A DNA stretch of 48,784 nt from Octopus sinensis (lineage: Eukaryota). The notes beneath the pieces are model-generated. The model worked only from the letters and a program-made list of their open reading frames with translations, was not told the origin of the DNA and searched no databases. Of the stretch, positions 12,906-24,894 are shown piece after piece. A program made the translations under genes and the position numbers. Position 1 is the first letter of the stretch; each line of letters starts with the position of its first letter. The stretch is from assembly GCF_006345805.1 (NCBI RefSeq), contig NW_021834410.1, forward strand, positions 1 through 48,784, read 5' to 3'.

Positions 12906-13312
12906 TTGTTTGTTCGTTCTCGGGCTACGCCTGGTTCATTAGGGCCGGTTTCCCGATTTCCTTGGCGTATAGGTTCCCCACCTGGACGGGACGCCGGTCC
13001 GTCGAAGGTGAGTTGCAAGATGCCAGAGGAAAAAATGAGAGAAATTTGTGGCGAAATAGTCAGTAGAAGTTCGCCATTACCTTCTGCCGGAGCCGTGTGG
13101 AGCTTAGGTGTTTTCGCTCATAAACACACACATCGCCCGGTCTGAGATTCGAATCCGCAATCCCTCGACCGGCACAAGGTACACATCTGTAACAGATACC
13201 AGCAAACTAGTTTGGCGGCCGCGGGTATTTCAAATCCCGCTCGTATAAACCAGTGGAGGATATATATAAGAAGTCCCAGAACATCAGTATCGTTGTTGTA
13301 CATCTAATATGT
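12906..13312 (-). mobile_element. SINE C-variant with the same 5' extension (copy 2, inverted)
   Basis: The reverse complement aligns end-to-end with 9555-9960. Confidence 0.8.
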
Positions 13313-14375
13313 TTACCTAACTCTTTGGTTCTTTAACTAATTTCAGCTCGAGAGCTGCGGCCATTCTGGAACACCGCCGTTATTTATTCTATAATTATTA
13401 ATTCGCATTTGAATCATATAAACACTTTATATGTGATTTTTGTATTTCTAATAAACGCGGCGTTTGATGTGTTTGTTTGATGTTACGTCGTGCTTCCGCT
13501 TGCATTGTTCGGTTCCTTTGTCTTCTGCTGGTTTGTTACAATACCTGTTGTTGATTTATGTTTGTTTTATTTAAGTCTTGTTTATTATTTCAGCGGAGTT
13601 CTTTATCTTTTGTCTAATTTCTAGAGAAGAATCTAAACGAAGCACTTGATAAACAAATACTCGTATTTAAAGCCGACGTTTATGAACGGAATCGGTGTCG
13701 ACGCATTGATGACGATAGTGATGACGACAATGACCATATGATGATGATGATGATGACGACAACCGTGATAGATTAGCCTAGCAACGAAAATATTTCCTCA
13801 AACGCACACGCGTGCGTGCAAACACGTTCGCCAGCGCGCGCACACATACCTCATATTATTCGCATTCTTCCTTCTCTCTCTCTCTCCCTCTCTCTTTCTT
13901 TCTGACCCTCTCCCTCTAACTCTCCTATCGCCTGCCGTTCCTTCCCGCTAACTCTACAGCAATATTAATCACACAAACTGCTAATATTTCAATCCGCAAG
14001 CCGGCCATGGCATGGTGTCATATCGTAATATATATATATTATACAGTGCGGCGCAAAACCAAAGGGATTTTGCTTTGTTTTTGTTTTTAATCCATTGAAA
14101 TGTCACCTGAAACAAATAAACGACTGCAACACTCACCTGTTGCCCTTTCTCAATCATTTACTTTTAGTTTAAGTCCTACCAATATATCTTCCCAGCAATT
14201 GCAATTCTCAGTTCATAATTTCAGCTCGGTGATTGCTGTTGCTGTTGTCGATGTTGTTGTTGTTGCTGTTATTTAACACCAGGTTAGCTTTTATCGAGCG
14301 GACCTGTGATCAAAGTAATTTTCTAATCATTTTAAACGCGCCTTTTCTTCACCTTTAAGTGTATCTTTAAGATTG

Positions 14376-14758
14376 TGGAGGCGCAATGGCCCAGTGTTTA
14401 GGGCAGCGGACTCGCTGTCGTAGGATCGCGGTTTCGATTCCCAGACCGGGCATTGTGAGTGTTTATTGAGCGAAAACACCTAAAAAGGCTCCACGAGGCT
14501 CCGGCAAGGGATGGTGGTGATCCCTGCTGTACTCTTTCACCACAACTTTCTCTCACTCTTACTTCCTGTTTCTGTTGTACCTGTATTTCAAAGGGCCGGC
14601 CTTGTCACTCTCTGTGTCACGCTGAATCTCCTCGAGAACTACGTTAAGGGTACACGTGTCTGTGGAATGCTCAGCCACTTGCACGTTAATTCCACGAGCA
14701 AGCTGTTCCGTTGATCGTATCAGCTGGGACCCTCATCGTCGTAACCGACGGAGTGCTC
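14376..14758 (+). mobile_element. tRNA-Arg-like SINE family C (possibly Octopus OR-type), full length
   Basis: Head TGGAGGCGCAATGGCCCAGTG..GGACTCGC..GGTTTCGATTCCCAGACC has A/B boxes and resembles tRNA-Arg. Tail ACCGACGGAGTGC. Confidence 0.88.
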
Positions 14759-15163
14759 CTAATCTCTAAGATTTCTGCCAGTGGAAAGTTAACCATCCAT
14801 CTACGCCTGGAAAGTTATTTTCTGGAGAATGACTTTCCTCAGGGCAGGTCTTTCCCGGGTATGGTCTTGGGAAGCCTGTTCTCTATGAAAGACTAACGGG
14901 TGTTCATAGAGTAACTCACCCCTCTCTTATTTCATGGACTGCGATCGAATGAACTTAGAAGGAAGTTCAAATTCAAGCGGGAAATATCTACGAGGACAAC
15001 AAAGAAATTTTTTTTCAATATTATCATTATTATTATTATTATTATTATTATTTTTTTTTTTTTTTGTAATATATATTCATATCATATTGGGTTTAGTTGT
15101 TAAATTGCTGCATTTTCTTCCAGAAAGGAAACGTAAAACGAGGTATTGGAGTGTGCATGTATG

Positions 15164-15195
<32 letters not shown>

Positions 15196-15201
15196 CATAC
15201 A

Positions 15202-15233
<32 letters not shown>

Positions 15234-15299
15234 CGTCTATATACATACATACATACATATATATACACACGTATATATGTATATATATATGAAAGTGTG

Positions 15300-15349
<50 letters not shown>

Positions 15350-15457
15350 CATACACGTATATTTGTATATATATATATGAAAGAGTGTATGCATGTATAT
15401 ATATATATGCACACGTATATATGTATATATATATATATGAAAGAGTGTACGTGTATA

Positions 15458-15490
<33 letters not shown>

Positions 15491-16337
15491 ATACATATAT
15501 ATATAACGTGCGCATATTGAACAAATACCGCAAAGGATTTTTACGACGCTCTAAAAATTCTCTTACCTCAATGCCTTGCGTTTGCTTGTGTAATAATCTT
15601 TTATACTGTAGTCACAAAACCATAAATTTTGGGTGGATGGGTTAGTCGACTGCATGGACCCCAATGCTCTGCTGGCACTGTGATGGGAAAAGCAAGGGCT
15701 GATACAGTTTGGCACCTGTGTCGTTGCAGGCAAACTCAGAGCGTAAAAGAGCCGAAACATAATAAACCTCAATGCATTTTGTCCAGTGTTTTAACAATTG
15801 CACTGTTCCACCGTTCTAGAATTTAAGTAATGGATCCCCTAACGCAAAAGGTCATGTTGACATCGGCAAATTTTGGACTCAGAATATAAATAGCAGCACA
15901 AATACTGCATAACATTTTGTTCGCCGCTCTTACGATTCAGCCAATTTACCACCTCCATACCATATCTTGGAGTACATTATCCAATATATCCTTCAATTTT
16001 TAGAGATAGAAGATCTGTCGTTCTCAAACAGCTGCTGTGTCACGCAGATGTGCTGGAAGGGTTATCTTGGTGTGGTGTTGATTTGACTTCTGGGGCTTTA
16101 GAAAATCCATACTAATGCTAAAATATCTCGAAAAACATGGAAATCATAAATATGCTATTACACAAATATTGTTAATAAAATTAGCTTTTAATGAAATAAA
16201 ATGATTTTATTTTTAAATTAAGGAAAAAAACTTCTCCATGCAAAATGCCTCGCGAATTTTTTTAGTTATTCTTTCTTATGCCACAAAGTTGAAAAGATTG
16301 ACACCCACTACAGCAGAGTATTATTTCAGGAAGATTT

Positions 16338-16552
16338 AAGGCAGCGAGCTGCAGAATTGTCAGCGCGCCGGACAAAATGCTTAACGGCTTTTCGTCCGTT
16401 TTTATGTTCTGAGTTCAAATTCTACCGAGCTCGACTTTGCCTTTCACCTCTTCAGTCGAAAAAATACGTACCAGCTGAGCATTGGGGTTGATATAAATCA
16501 ACAATTCTCTCTTCTCAAAATGTCAAGCTGTGTGACCAAAGTAGAAAGGATT
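16338..16552 (+). mobile_element. SINE family B
   Basis: Family B head and central domain. Confidence 0.8.
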
Positions 16553-16719
16553 ACAACACAAGCAAACGCAAGGCGGCGAGGTAAGAGAATTCTTAGAGCG
16601 CCTTTGCTTCTGTTTGTGTTTGTTTATGAATCAACAGAAGAGTTATTATGTGGTCTCTCAATTAGAGCTGACAGTCAAATGTCCCCATTATTACAACTTA
16701 TCGTCTTCAAAAATGAAAG

Positions 16720-17020
16720 AACATTTTGCATGATGCTATCATAAAGAGATCCAGTGCAAGAATACCAAGCGAGATTATCACAAGATGAAGAGTAAAACTA
16801 GCGGGTCACATATTCCGGCTACAAAGAACAGCCATATTAAAACAAGTTTCAAATGGCCGACATCGGTAGGAAAAAGAAAGAGAAGGTCGAAAACTACACG
16901 GTGCAGAAGAATCCCAACTAAAATGAGACAGACCAATTTTACGTGGCCAGATGTAAGGAAAACCGTAGCCAATAGATACCAGCGGCGTCAGTGTGGTATA
17001 GGGCACAGGCGGAATTGATA
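16720..17020 (+). mobile_element. RTE-clade LINE 3' fragment (decayed)
   Basis: SEIITR*RVKLAGHIFRL, then after a frameshift W..VGKRKRRSKTT...TW......ANR...RQC, an RTE C-terminal pattern. Confidence 0.65.
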
Positions 17021-17129
17021 CTGATCCTTGTTACAGGATGTCCCAAAAGAAAGAGAGAAAGAAAGAAAGAAGAATGTAAGGGGAAAGAATTCAGAATTAG
17101 AACACCTTTGATTTAATATCAGTCTGAGC

Positions 17130-17166
<37 letters not shown>

Positions 17167-17200
17167 GCGTATAGGTATTCATGTATAGTAAAGTATATAT

Positions 17201-17244
<44 letters not shown>

Positions 17245-17800
17245 CATACATACATATATATCCATATATATATATATACACATGCATATATGGCTACGGG
17301 ACGTCACCAACAAGAAACAACAAGATATACGAAAACAGATGATTTCAATACGCATACAACGAAAGCAACAAATGGAAAGTAGCATAAGGAACGACCCTTC
17401 ATTTATTGTCCGTTGTCCTCATTTCGATTACTGAACCACAATATGCATCTTCGAAGACAGTTGTTCCCATAAATACCAAAGTAAAATTTTGGATTTATCG
17501 AGTGTGAAAGTTGGGAACAAAAACAGGACAGTGGAGATATGCAAGGAAACCGAACGAAAACAATCATGGAGGATAGTTAGAGCAGAACGAGGGTAAAATA
17601 GCGAACGCTGGAGAAATATTTTCTTTGACAAGTGAAAAGATAGAAGAGAGAGATAGGATACGTCCAGTCCTTAGGACAGTCCTGAAAGAAATGAAAGATG
17701 ATCACGCGGGGAAAAGAAAGATGGACGATGGTCACGTCTGAGCAACGAGAGAGAGAGAGAGGAGAGAGAGGAGAAAGAGGGGAGAGAGAGAACAGGAGAA

Positions 17801-17835
<35 letters not shown>

Positions 17836-17889
17836 GGAGAGACAGATAAAAAATAGTGAGGGGAGAAAAAAGGGAAATATAGAAAAGAT

Positions 17890-18290
17890 GAGTGGCTGTG
17901 TGGTAAGTAGCTTGCTAACCAGCCACATGGTTCCGGGTTCAGTCCCACTGCGTGGCATCTTGGGCGAGTGTCTTCTGCTATAGCCCCGGGCCGACCAATG
18001 CCTTGTGAGTGGATTTGGTAGACGGAAACTGAAAGAAGCCTGTCGTATATATGTATATATATATGTATGTGTGTGTGTGTTTGTGTGTCTGTGTTTGTCC
18101 CCCTAGCATTGCTTGACAACCGATGCTGGTGTGTTTACGTCCCCGTCACTTAGCGGTTCAGCAAAGAGACCGATAGAATAAGTACTGGGCTTACAAAGAA
18201 TAAGTCTCGGAGTCGATTTGCTCGACTAAAGGCGGTGCTCCAGCATGGCCGCAGTCAAATGACTGAAACAAGTAAAAGAGTAAAGAGTAA
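17890..18290 (+). mobile_element. SINE family A, full length
   Basis: Head, internal microsatellite and tail all match the family consensus. Confidence 0.9.
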
Positions 18291-18564
18291 AATGATGGGG
18301 GAGAAAAACAGTATAGAATAGTGTCATATATATGAGAAATTACGATAAACACACGTTTACATTATTAGTTCTTACGTACATTTCACTATTACGGTCGCTT
18401 GGAACTCTACATTGGATGTTCCAAGTACATTTGGATGCTAACCAGAACGGATCATCAGGGAATACAACTGCATTAAGTTACAGAAACTAATACACACACA
18501 CATATATATACATTCATTCTAATATTCTTGCATAACGTACACATATATATATATATATATATAT

Positions 18565-18603
<39 letters not shown>

Positions 18604-19002
18604 CTAACGGTGGACGAACTGTGACGCATGAACATTTACATACTTAAATGCATACATATACATACATACATACATAACTCCTGGAGCGCGCTCGCACAGG
18701 CATATACGGAACAGTAATATCTTTTTGAATGTTTACTTAGTAATAATATGAAGCAATTAAAAAAAAACCAATATTCTTTTGGGGAATAAATTATGCATGT
18801 TGAAAATAAAATTATTCTTCCAGTTTTTATATTTCAAATACAAAGACATGTCATATTGGCTACGGTTGTTATTGTTGCTGCCATTGTTGTTGTTAATATA
18901 ACTGTTGCAGCATGGATATATGTTCTACAACGGTCGTCTGGAGGAATAGGAAAAAGTAACAAAAATCGCGCATGCTCACACACATTCCAAAACACACACG
19001 CA

Positions 19003-19036
<34 letters not shown>

Positions 19037-19174
19037 ACACACACACACACACACACAGACGCACATATGTGTTATGACGCATACACATTTACATACTTAA
19101 AGCATGCATATATACATATATAACTCTTGATATAGGCTATATTACATATTTTCTATTTTTCTCTCTTTCTACAT

Positions 19175-19205
<31 letters not shown>

Positions 19206-19463
19206 GCCACATATCCGAGAATGTAAGGAATGGAAAAGATAAATAGAGACTACATACGTTTCATAACTATATCATATATTGTCCACCGTTTGTCATGTAT
19301 ACTAACAGTGTACATATTGAAGCTTACTAACTTCTAATACGAGGATCTTCCGGATCGTACTACTATAGGAATGTATGTGTGTGTATATGTGTGTGTATGC
19401 ATAAAAAAATAGAATAGGTCAAAAGTCACGCATCAAAATATTTCACACTTTATTTATATTACG

Positions 19464-19760
19464 TTCTTCTTCTTCTTCTTCTTCTTCTTCTTCGTCTTCT
19501 TCCTCCTCCTCCTCCTCCTCCTTCTCCTCCTCCTCTACCTCTACTTCTTCCTCCTCCTCCACCTCTTTTTCTTCTTCTTCTTCTTTCTCCTCCACCTCTT
19601 CTTCCTCCTCCTCCTCCACCTCTTCTTCTTCTACCTCATCCTCCACCTCTACTTCTTCCTCCTCCTCCACCTCTTCTTCTTCGTCTTCTTCTCCCCCCTT
19701 TTCTTCCTCCTCATCCACCTCTCCTTCCTCTTCCGTCTCGAAGAAGAAGAAGTTCTTCTT
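19464..19760. repeat. (TCT/TCC)n polypyrimidine tract
   Basis: Seen directly; source of the poly-E ORF. Confidence 0.95.
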
Positions 19761-19844
19761 CTAAATACTTTGCAAGGCGTGCTAACACTTTTCCCAGGTC
19801 GAGTAACAACAACAACAACAACAGTGGTAATGGTTTCAAATTTT

Positions 19845-20410
19845 GTCACAAGGGCAGCAATTTGGGGGGAGGGAGTTAAGTCGATTACATCGACCCCAGT
19901 ACGCAACTGGTACTTAATTTATCGACCCCGAAAGGATGAAAGGCAAAGTCGACCTCGGCGGAATTTGGACTTCAGGACGTGGAGACAGACTAAAATACCA
20001 ATTCCTTTACTACCCACAAGGGGCTAAACACAGAGGAAACAAACAAGGACAGACAAACGTATTAAGTCGATTACATCGACCCCAGTGCGTAACTGGTACT
20101 TATTTAATCGACCCCGAAAGGATGAAAGATAAAGTCGACCTCGGCGGAATTTGAACTCAGAACGTAGCGACAGACGAAGTACCTATTTCTATTTCTTTAC
20201 TACCCACAAGGGGCTAAACACAGAGGAAACAAACAAGGACAGACAAACGGATTAAGTCGATTACATCGACCCCAATGCGTAACTGGTATTTAATTTATCG
20301 ACAACGAAAGGATGAAAGGCAAAGTCGACCTCGGCAGAATTTGAACTTCAGAACGTAGCGGCAGACTAAAATACGGCTTAAGCATTTTGCCTGGCGTGCT
20401 AACTTTCTGC
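19845..20410 (-). mobile_element. SINE family B, three tandem copies
   Basis: Repeated ~190-bp units containing AAGTCGATTACATCGACCCC..GAAAGGATGAAAG..GGAATTTGAACT. Confidence 0.88.
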
Positions 20411-21160
20411 CACCTCGAGTAACAACAAACAACAACAACAACAGCAACAGCAACAAGAACAACGATAATATAAATGATATATACATGCACATATCACCTG
20501 CCGTTGCATGGATCAACTACCTGTTTCATAACATTGCGCTAATAAACTAACAGCTTCAGAATCCAATTGAAAAAAAAAAAAAAAGTAAAACGAAAGTCGA
20601 CTCTCTCAATAAGAACAAAAATGCCATAAACATTCTTTGATATTTATTTCACCATTGAGATATTTCTCTATATAAATCACTCATTTCTCTTTTATATAAA
20701 TACCTCTTTCAACAAACCTCTTTTATATAAACACTGAAGCCGCATATATTCTGTACAACCGCCGTTTAAGATACTGCGGCGATGTTGGCGATGGTAATGG
20801 AAGTTCGGGCTGAATAAGAGAGGTTCTCTGTGTGGTGCGGGACTTATTAAAAACATGGCTGGCTACCATACTTTCAATTTTTGTGAGACCTCCAAGTTTA
20901 AAAAAGAAAAACAAAAAAAAATACATCTACGAGAGGACAGGGAAATTTATTTCCACTAGAATCAAGTTCAAATTACATCAGTCCAAATTCCTGTCTCAAC
21001 GCATTGGAATTTCTGTTCCACGATGATATACCATAAACAAAGAAAAAAAACAACAAAAAAACAAGACAAAAAATCAAAACCAAAGCAACAACAACAACAA
21101 AAGAAAAACAAAAACAAAAATATTCCACTGCTTATTATATAAGTACAGCAAAGTAAATAA

Positions 21161-21220
<60 letters not shown>

Positions 21221-21355
21221 TGTATAATATGTATATGTATGTGTATATATATATCTCATATACATAATATATATGTATATATTACGTACACACACACGTT
21301 CACACATATATGCATATATATATATATATATATAGATATATATGCATATGCATAT

Positions 21356-21387
<32 letters not shown>

Positions 21388-21388
21388 G

Positions 21389-21420
<32 letters not shown>

Positions 21421-21446
21421 GCATATATACACTCCTGTCACAACCT

Positions 21447-21489
21447 GGGACCTGAAGACTGCTTTAATGCAAGAAAGTATACTAGTCCC
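21447..21489 (+). ncRNA. Minimal type I hammerhead ribozyme motif (Penelope/retrozyme type)
   Basis: GGGAC-CTGAAGA-cTGCtttaatGCAa-GAAA-GTATAC-TA-GTCCC. Stem I is 5 bp, the core is CUGANGA, stem II is TGC/GCA, followed by GAAA, a palindromic stem III (AGTATACT) and cleavage triplet CUA. The 10.1/11.1 pair is a C-A mismatch. Confidence 0.72.
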
Positions 21490-21844
21490 TTAATATTTGA
21501 TATTCAATTTTTCATCTATTCAATAACACAATCAATACTTCATTTCATTTTACGATATATATACTATTTATACTATATATTCCATATTCTACATTAATAT
21601 TATAAAGAATATAAATAAAACATAAAAAAACAGACATAGTTGGAATTCTTTTGAATGATATATATAAATATATATGGGTTAGTTAACGTTTGTGTTTTTA
21701 AACAGGAAATAACCCCGAGTACATAAAGCAAAGAGGACATATTCTATGAGAAGGCGAAGATCCTTGCATCGTAAGAACGGCCTTTCATGTTACGAGTCAT
21801 TTAAATAATCTGAATAATCGGTAAGTTCAGAGTAATTCACGTAG

Positions 21845-21896
<52 letters not shown>

Positions 21897-22098
21897 GACA
21901 AATACATAACAAAAACACCAGGACTTACAAACACATATAGCATACAGAAAATTGCACTACTAAGCACTGCACACATCCTACATAAAACACTTTCAATACA
22001 GTAACAATAAGAACATCACAACAAATCACAGCACATACCCAAGGCACACAGAGCTGCGCTCGGTAGTGAAGTGAAAGCACACTATAAAAATAAAACTA

Positions 22099-22101
<3 letters not shown>
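21897..22101 (+). mobile_element. R4/Dong-like (RLE) LINE 3' end inserted in (TAA)n
   Basis: DKYITKTPGLTNTYSIQKIALLSTAHILHKTLSIQ* matches the RLE C-terminus (LQK.ALLGTAHILRK.L). Flanked by (TAA)n at about 21846-21896 and 22102-22147. Confidence 0.75.
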
Positions 22102-22147
<46 letters not shown>

Positions 22148-22301
22148 TGGAAAACACTCGGCGAGAAACGGAAGAAAATTTGAAGAAAGAAGGAAAAAAC
22201 ATAATAATAATAATAACAATAGTTTTATTGGCTACCAGGGCCGAACACAAAACATAGAGGACGATACACAGACGAGGGACAGTGAGATTAAACGAATGAT
22301 G

Positions 22302-22337
<36 letters not shown>

Positions 22338-22339
<2 letters not shown>

Positions 22340-22627
22340 GTACGAAATAGCCCGGCCATGGAAAATGAAGAAGGTGAAGATAGTGCCAATTATTGTTGGG
22401 TTCTTGGGAACAGTATCAGAAGTATCAAGAGGAATATATATATAAGGAAATTGGAATAGAGTACCCAGTAGAACTCCTACAAAAGGCTTTGCCTCCTTGG
22501 CATGGCCAGAGTAATCAGGAAAGTACTAGATAGCTAAAAAGAACGAATGTCATGGTACAGGTATTAAGCCCGCTACGCCTGCAAGATTCCAGGAGGTCCA
22601 ACAAAACCTGTGATAAAGAGAAAATAT
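22338..22627 (+). mobile_element. Second, different R4/Dong-like LINE 3' end inserted in (TAA)n
   Basis: KYEIARPWKMKKVKIVPIIVGFLGTV...(frameshift) KEIGIEYPVELLQKA...RVIRKVLDS* is an RLE C-terminal pattern. (TAA)n lies on both sides. Confidence 0.75.
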
Positions 22628-22649
22628 TAATAATAATAATAATGATAAT

Positions 22650-22880
22650 CCTTTCTATTATAGGCACAAGGCCTGAAATTTGCGGGGAGGTGGTAAGTCG
22701 ATTACATCGACCCCAGTGCGTAACTGGTACTTATTTAATCGACCAAGAAAGGATGAAAGGCAAAGTCGACCTCGGCGGAATTTGAACTCAGAACGTAACG
22801 GCAGACGACATATCTATTTCTTTACTACCCACAAGTGGCTAAACACAGAGGACAAACAAGAACAGACAAACGGATTATGG
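22650..22880 (-). mobile_element. SINE family B, rearranged
   Basis: Central domain followed by a displaced tail segment. Confidence 0.8.
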
Positions 22881-23499
22881 AAGCTTCACTTAAGGTTAAA
22901 CAATGATAAGAACAAGAACAACAACAACAATAACCACGATAATAAGAACAACAGCAATGACGTCATCAACAGCAACAACGACAATGATGACAGTAACAAT
23001 AATAACACAAACATCAATAACAGCCACAAATCAAAATGCCAAAATTAAATGAAAGTTGATATGAAACAGTAGAATCTTATGACGCTAGCGATGGCCTTTG
23101 TCATCAAATAGTTAAGAACCAAAAGTTGATAAAGTGGAGCAAATTATTTTGCAACAGGAAAGAGAAGTTTAACGTTTCGAGCATAAACCAATCATCAGAA
23201 AAAGAGGAAATGAATGTCGTGTCGAGGATCGACAAAGTCTATAGGCATCATCTTCCTATAAATAAATTCAGTTTAAAAAAATCTTCAAGTTCTTACTCTT
23301 AGTGTTAAATTATGCCATACAAGAATAAGAAATGTCTTTAAATAATGCCTGAAACTGCAACTTAGAAACTCAACCACTAAGGATCTAATCAGATATCTAC
23401 TTTGTTTTTAATGATTCATGTTTATGAATTCTAGGAAAAGCCTTTTGGGGTTCAATTGTTTTGTTCATATTTCTGGAAGTAATAAGGTTTTCGCTTAAT

Positions 23500-23780
23500 G
23501 GAAGAGCGATGAGGAGAAAGTGAAAGGAAGGAAAGAAGGAAAGCCTGAAAGAAAGAAATAAAGAAAGAAAGAGAAAACTGTAAACTTATAAAAATGAAGG
23601 AAAAAGCAAAAACCGAGTGTAGGCGGGAGAACTCAGCAAGAAAAGTTTGAAAGAAGAAACGGCGGTGGAGAGCATAAATGCTGAAAAGAGAGAAGGAGAT
23701 AGAACCGAACGAAATGAAAAGTGAAGTAGAAAGGCAAGAAACAAAGGGCAGATGGAAGTGATGGAAGAAAAGAAGGGAAG

Positions 23781-23821
<41 letters not shown>

Positions 23822-24012
23822 TAAAAATGAAAGGAAGAAGGATGATTGTAGAAATTAAAAGGAGGCAGAGAGAGAGAGAGGGGGAGGGAGAGGGGAGAAA
23901 GAAAAGGAGAGAGAGGTGGGAGGGAAAGAAAAAGATAGTGTGAGTGAAAGAGAGGAAGAAACGGTAGCAAAAGAAAGAGAAGGGTGGTGAAAATGAAAGA
24001 AAGAACATCGTC

Positions 24013-24060
<48 letters not shown>

Positions 24061-24500
24061 TATAGATAGATAGAGAGGAAGGAGAAAGAAAAAAGAATGA
24101 AAAAAGCATCATTAAAGATATACTATTAGGAAAATAATGAGGATGAAAGATTAAATAATTTGATGAAAGAGTAAATGAAATATAGGAGTAAGTGAGGGAC
24201 AAAATGGCTATCAAGTAGGTACGAAGGAAGACCAAATGAAAGAGTATTAAGAACGAACATTATAAGAGTTAGAGACAGAGACAAAAGAGATATTTGAAGG
24301 AAACTTTACGAGAAAGAATTTCAGAATAAGGAATAAATTGGAGACCGTAAAGAAGATTGAATTTCAAAAAAATATAATATACATGAACGAAAGTAATAGA
24401 ACAACAAAGAACGATTGATGATATCAATGAAGATGAAGAGACGCTAATAAATGAAAAAAACGATTAGAAATGATGATGAGATGAATAAAAATAATGAAGG
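23500..24500. repeat. GA-rich low-complexity region including (GATA)n at ~24013-24075
   Basis: Seen directly. Confidence 0.9.
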
Positions 24501-24835
24501 CGTGATAACATAATGAAAATAAAATAAAATAAGATAAAATACAAAATAAACGGAAAATATAAAAAAAGCAAATTTCCACAAGTTTCCTTATTACAGGTGC
24601 TGCAATAGGATTTCGAGCAAGGATTCAACAGGAAACCCCAACGAGAAATCACTGCAAAAGCAGACGACAAGAAAATCTAATTTTGACAGAAGTTACTCAC
24701 CGATAAAATGGCTTCTTTCATGACAGGAAATTGATTTGGTCGCGCAAAACTTGTTTCTCCTTTCTTCTTATTTCTTTATGTCACATAAGAAGATTGCGTA
24801 GACCACGTGTATATATGTGTGTTTGTATGTATGTA

Positions 24836-24894
<59 letters not shown>

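Larger units (their letters stand above)
11196..15513 (+). repeat. Local direct duplication of ~550 bp (11196-~11746 and 14954-~15513)
   Basis: Both copies start CTTAGAAGGAAGTTCAAATTCAAGCGGG and share unique sequence plus the compound microsatellite. Confidence 0.9.

Noticed and set aside
19443-19718. Poly-glutamate acidic ORF
   Set aside because: Antisense reading of a TCT/TCC microsatellite.
19845-20410. Regularly spaced repeats superficially like a CRISPR array
   Set aside because: Units are ~190-bp SINE copies without unique spacers, in eukaryotic DNA with no cas genes.
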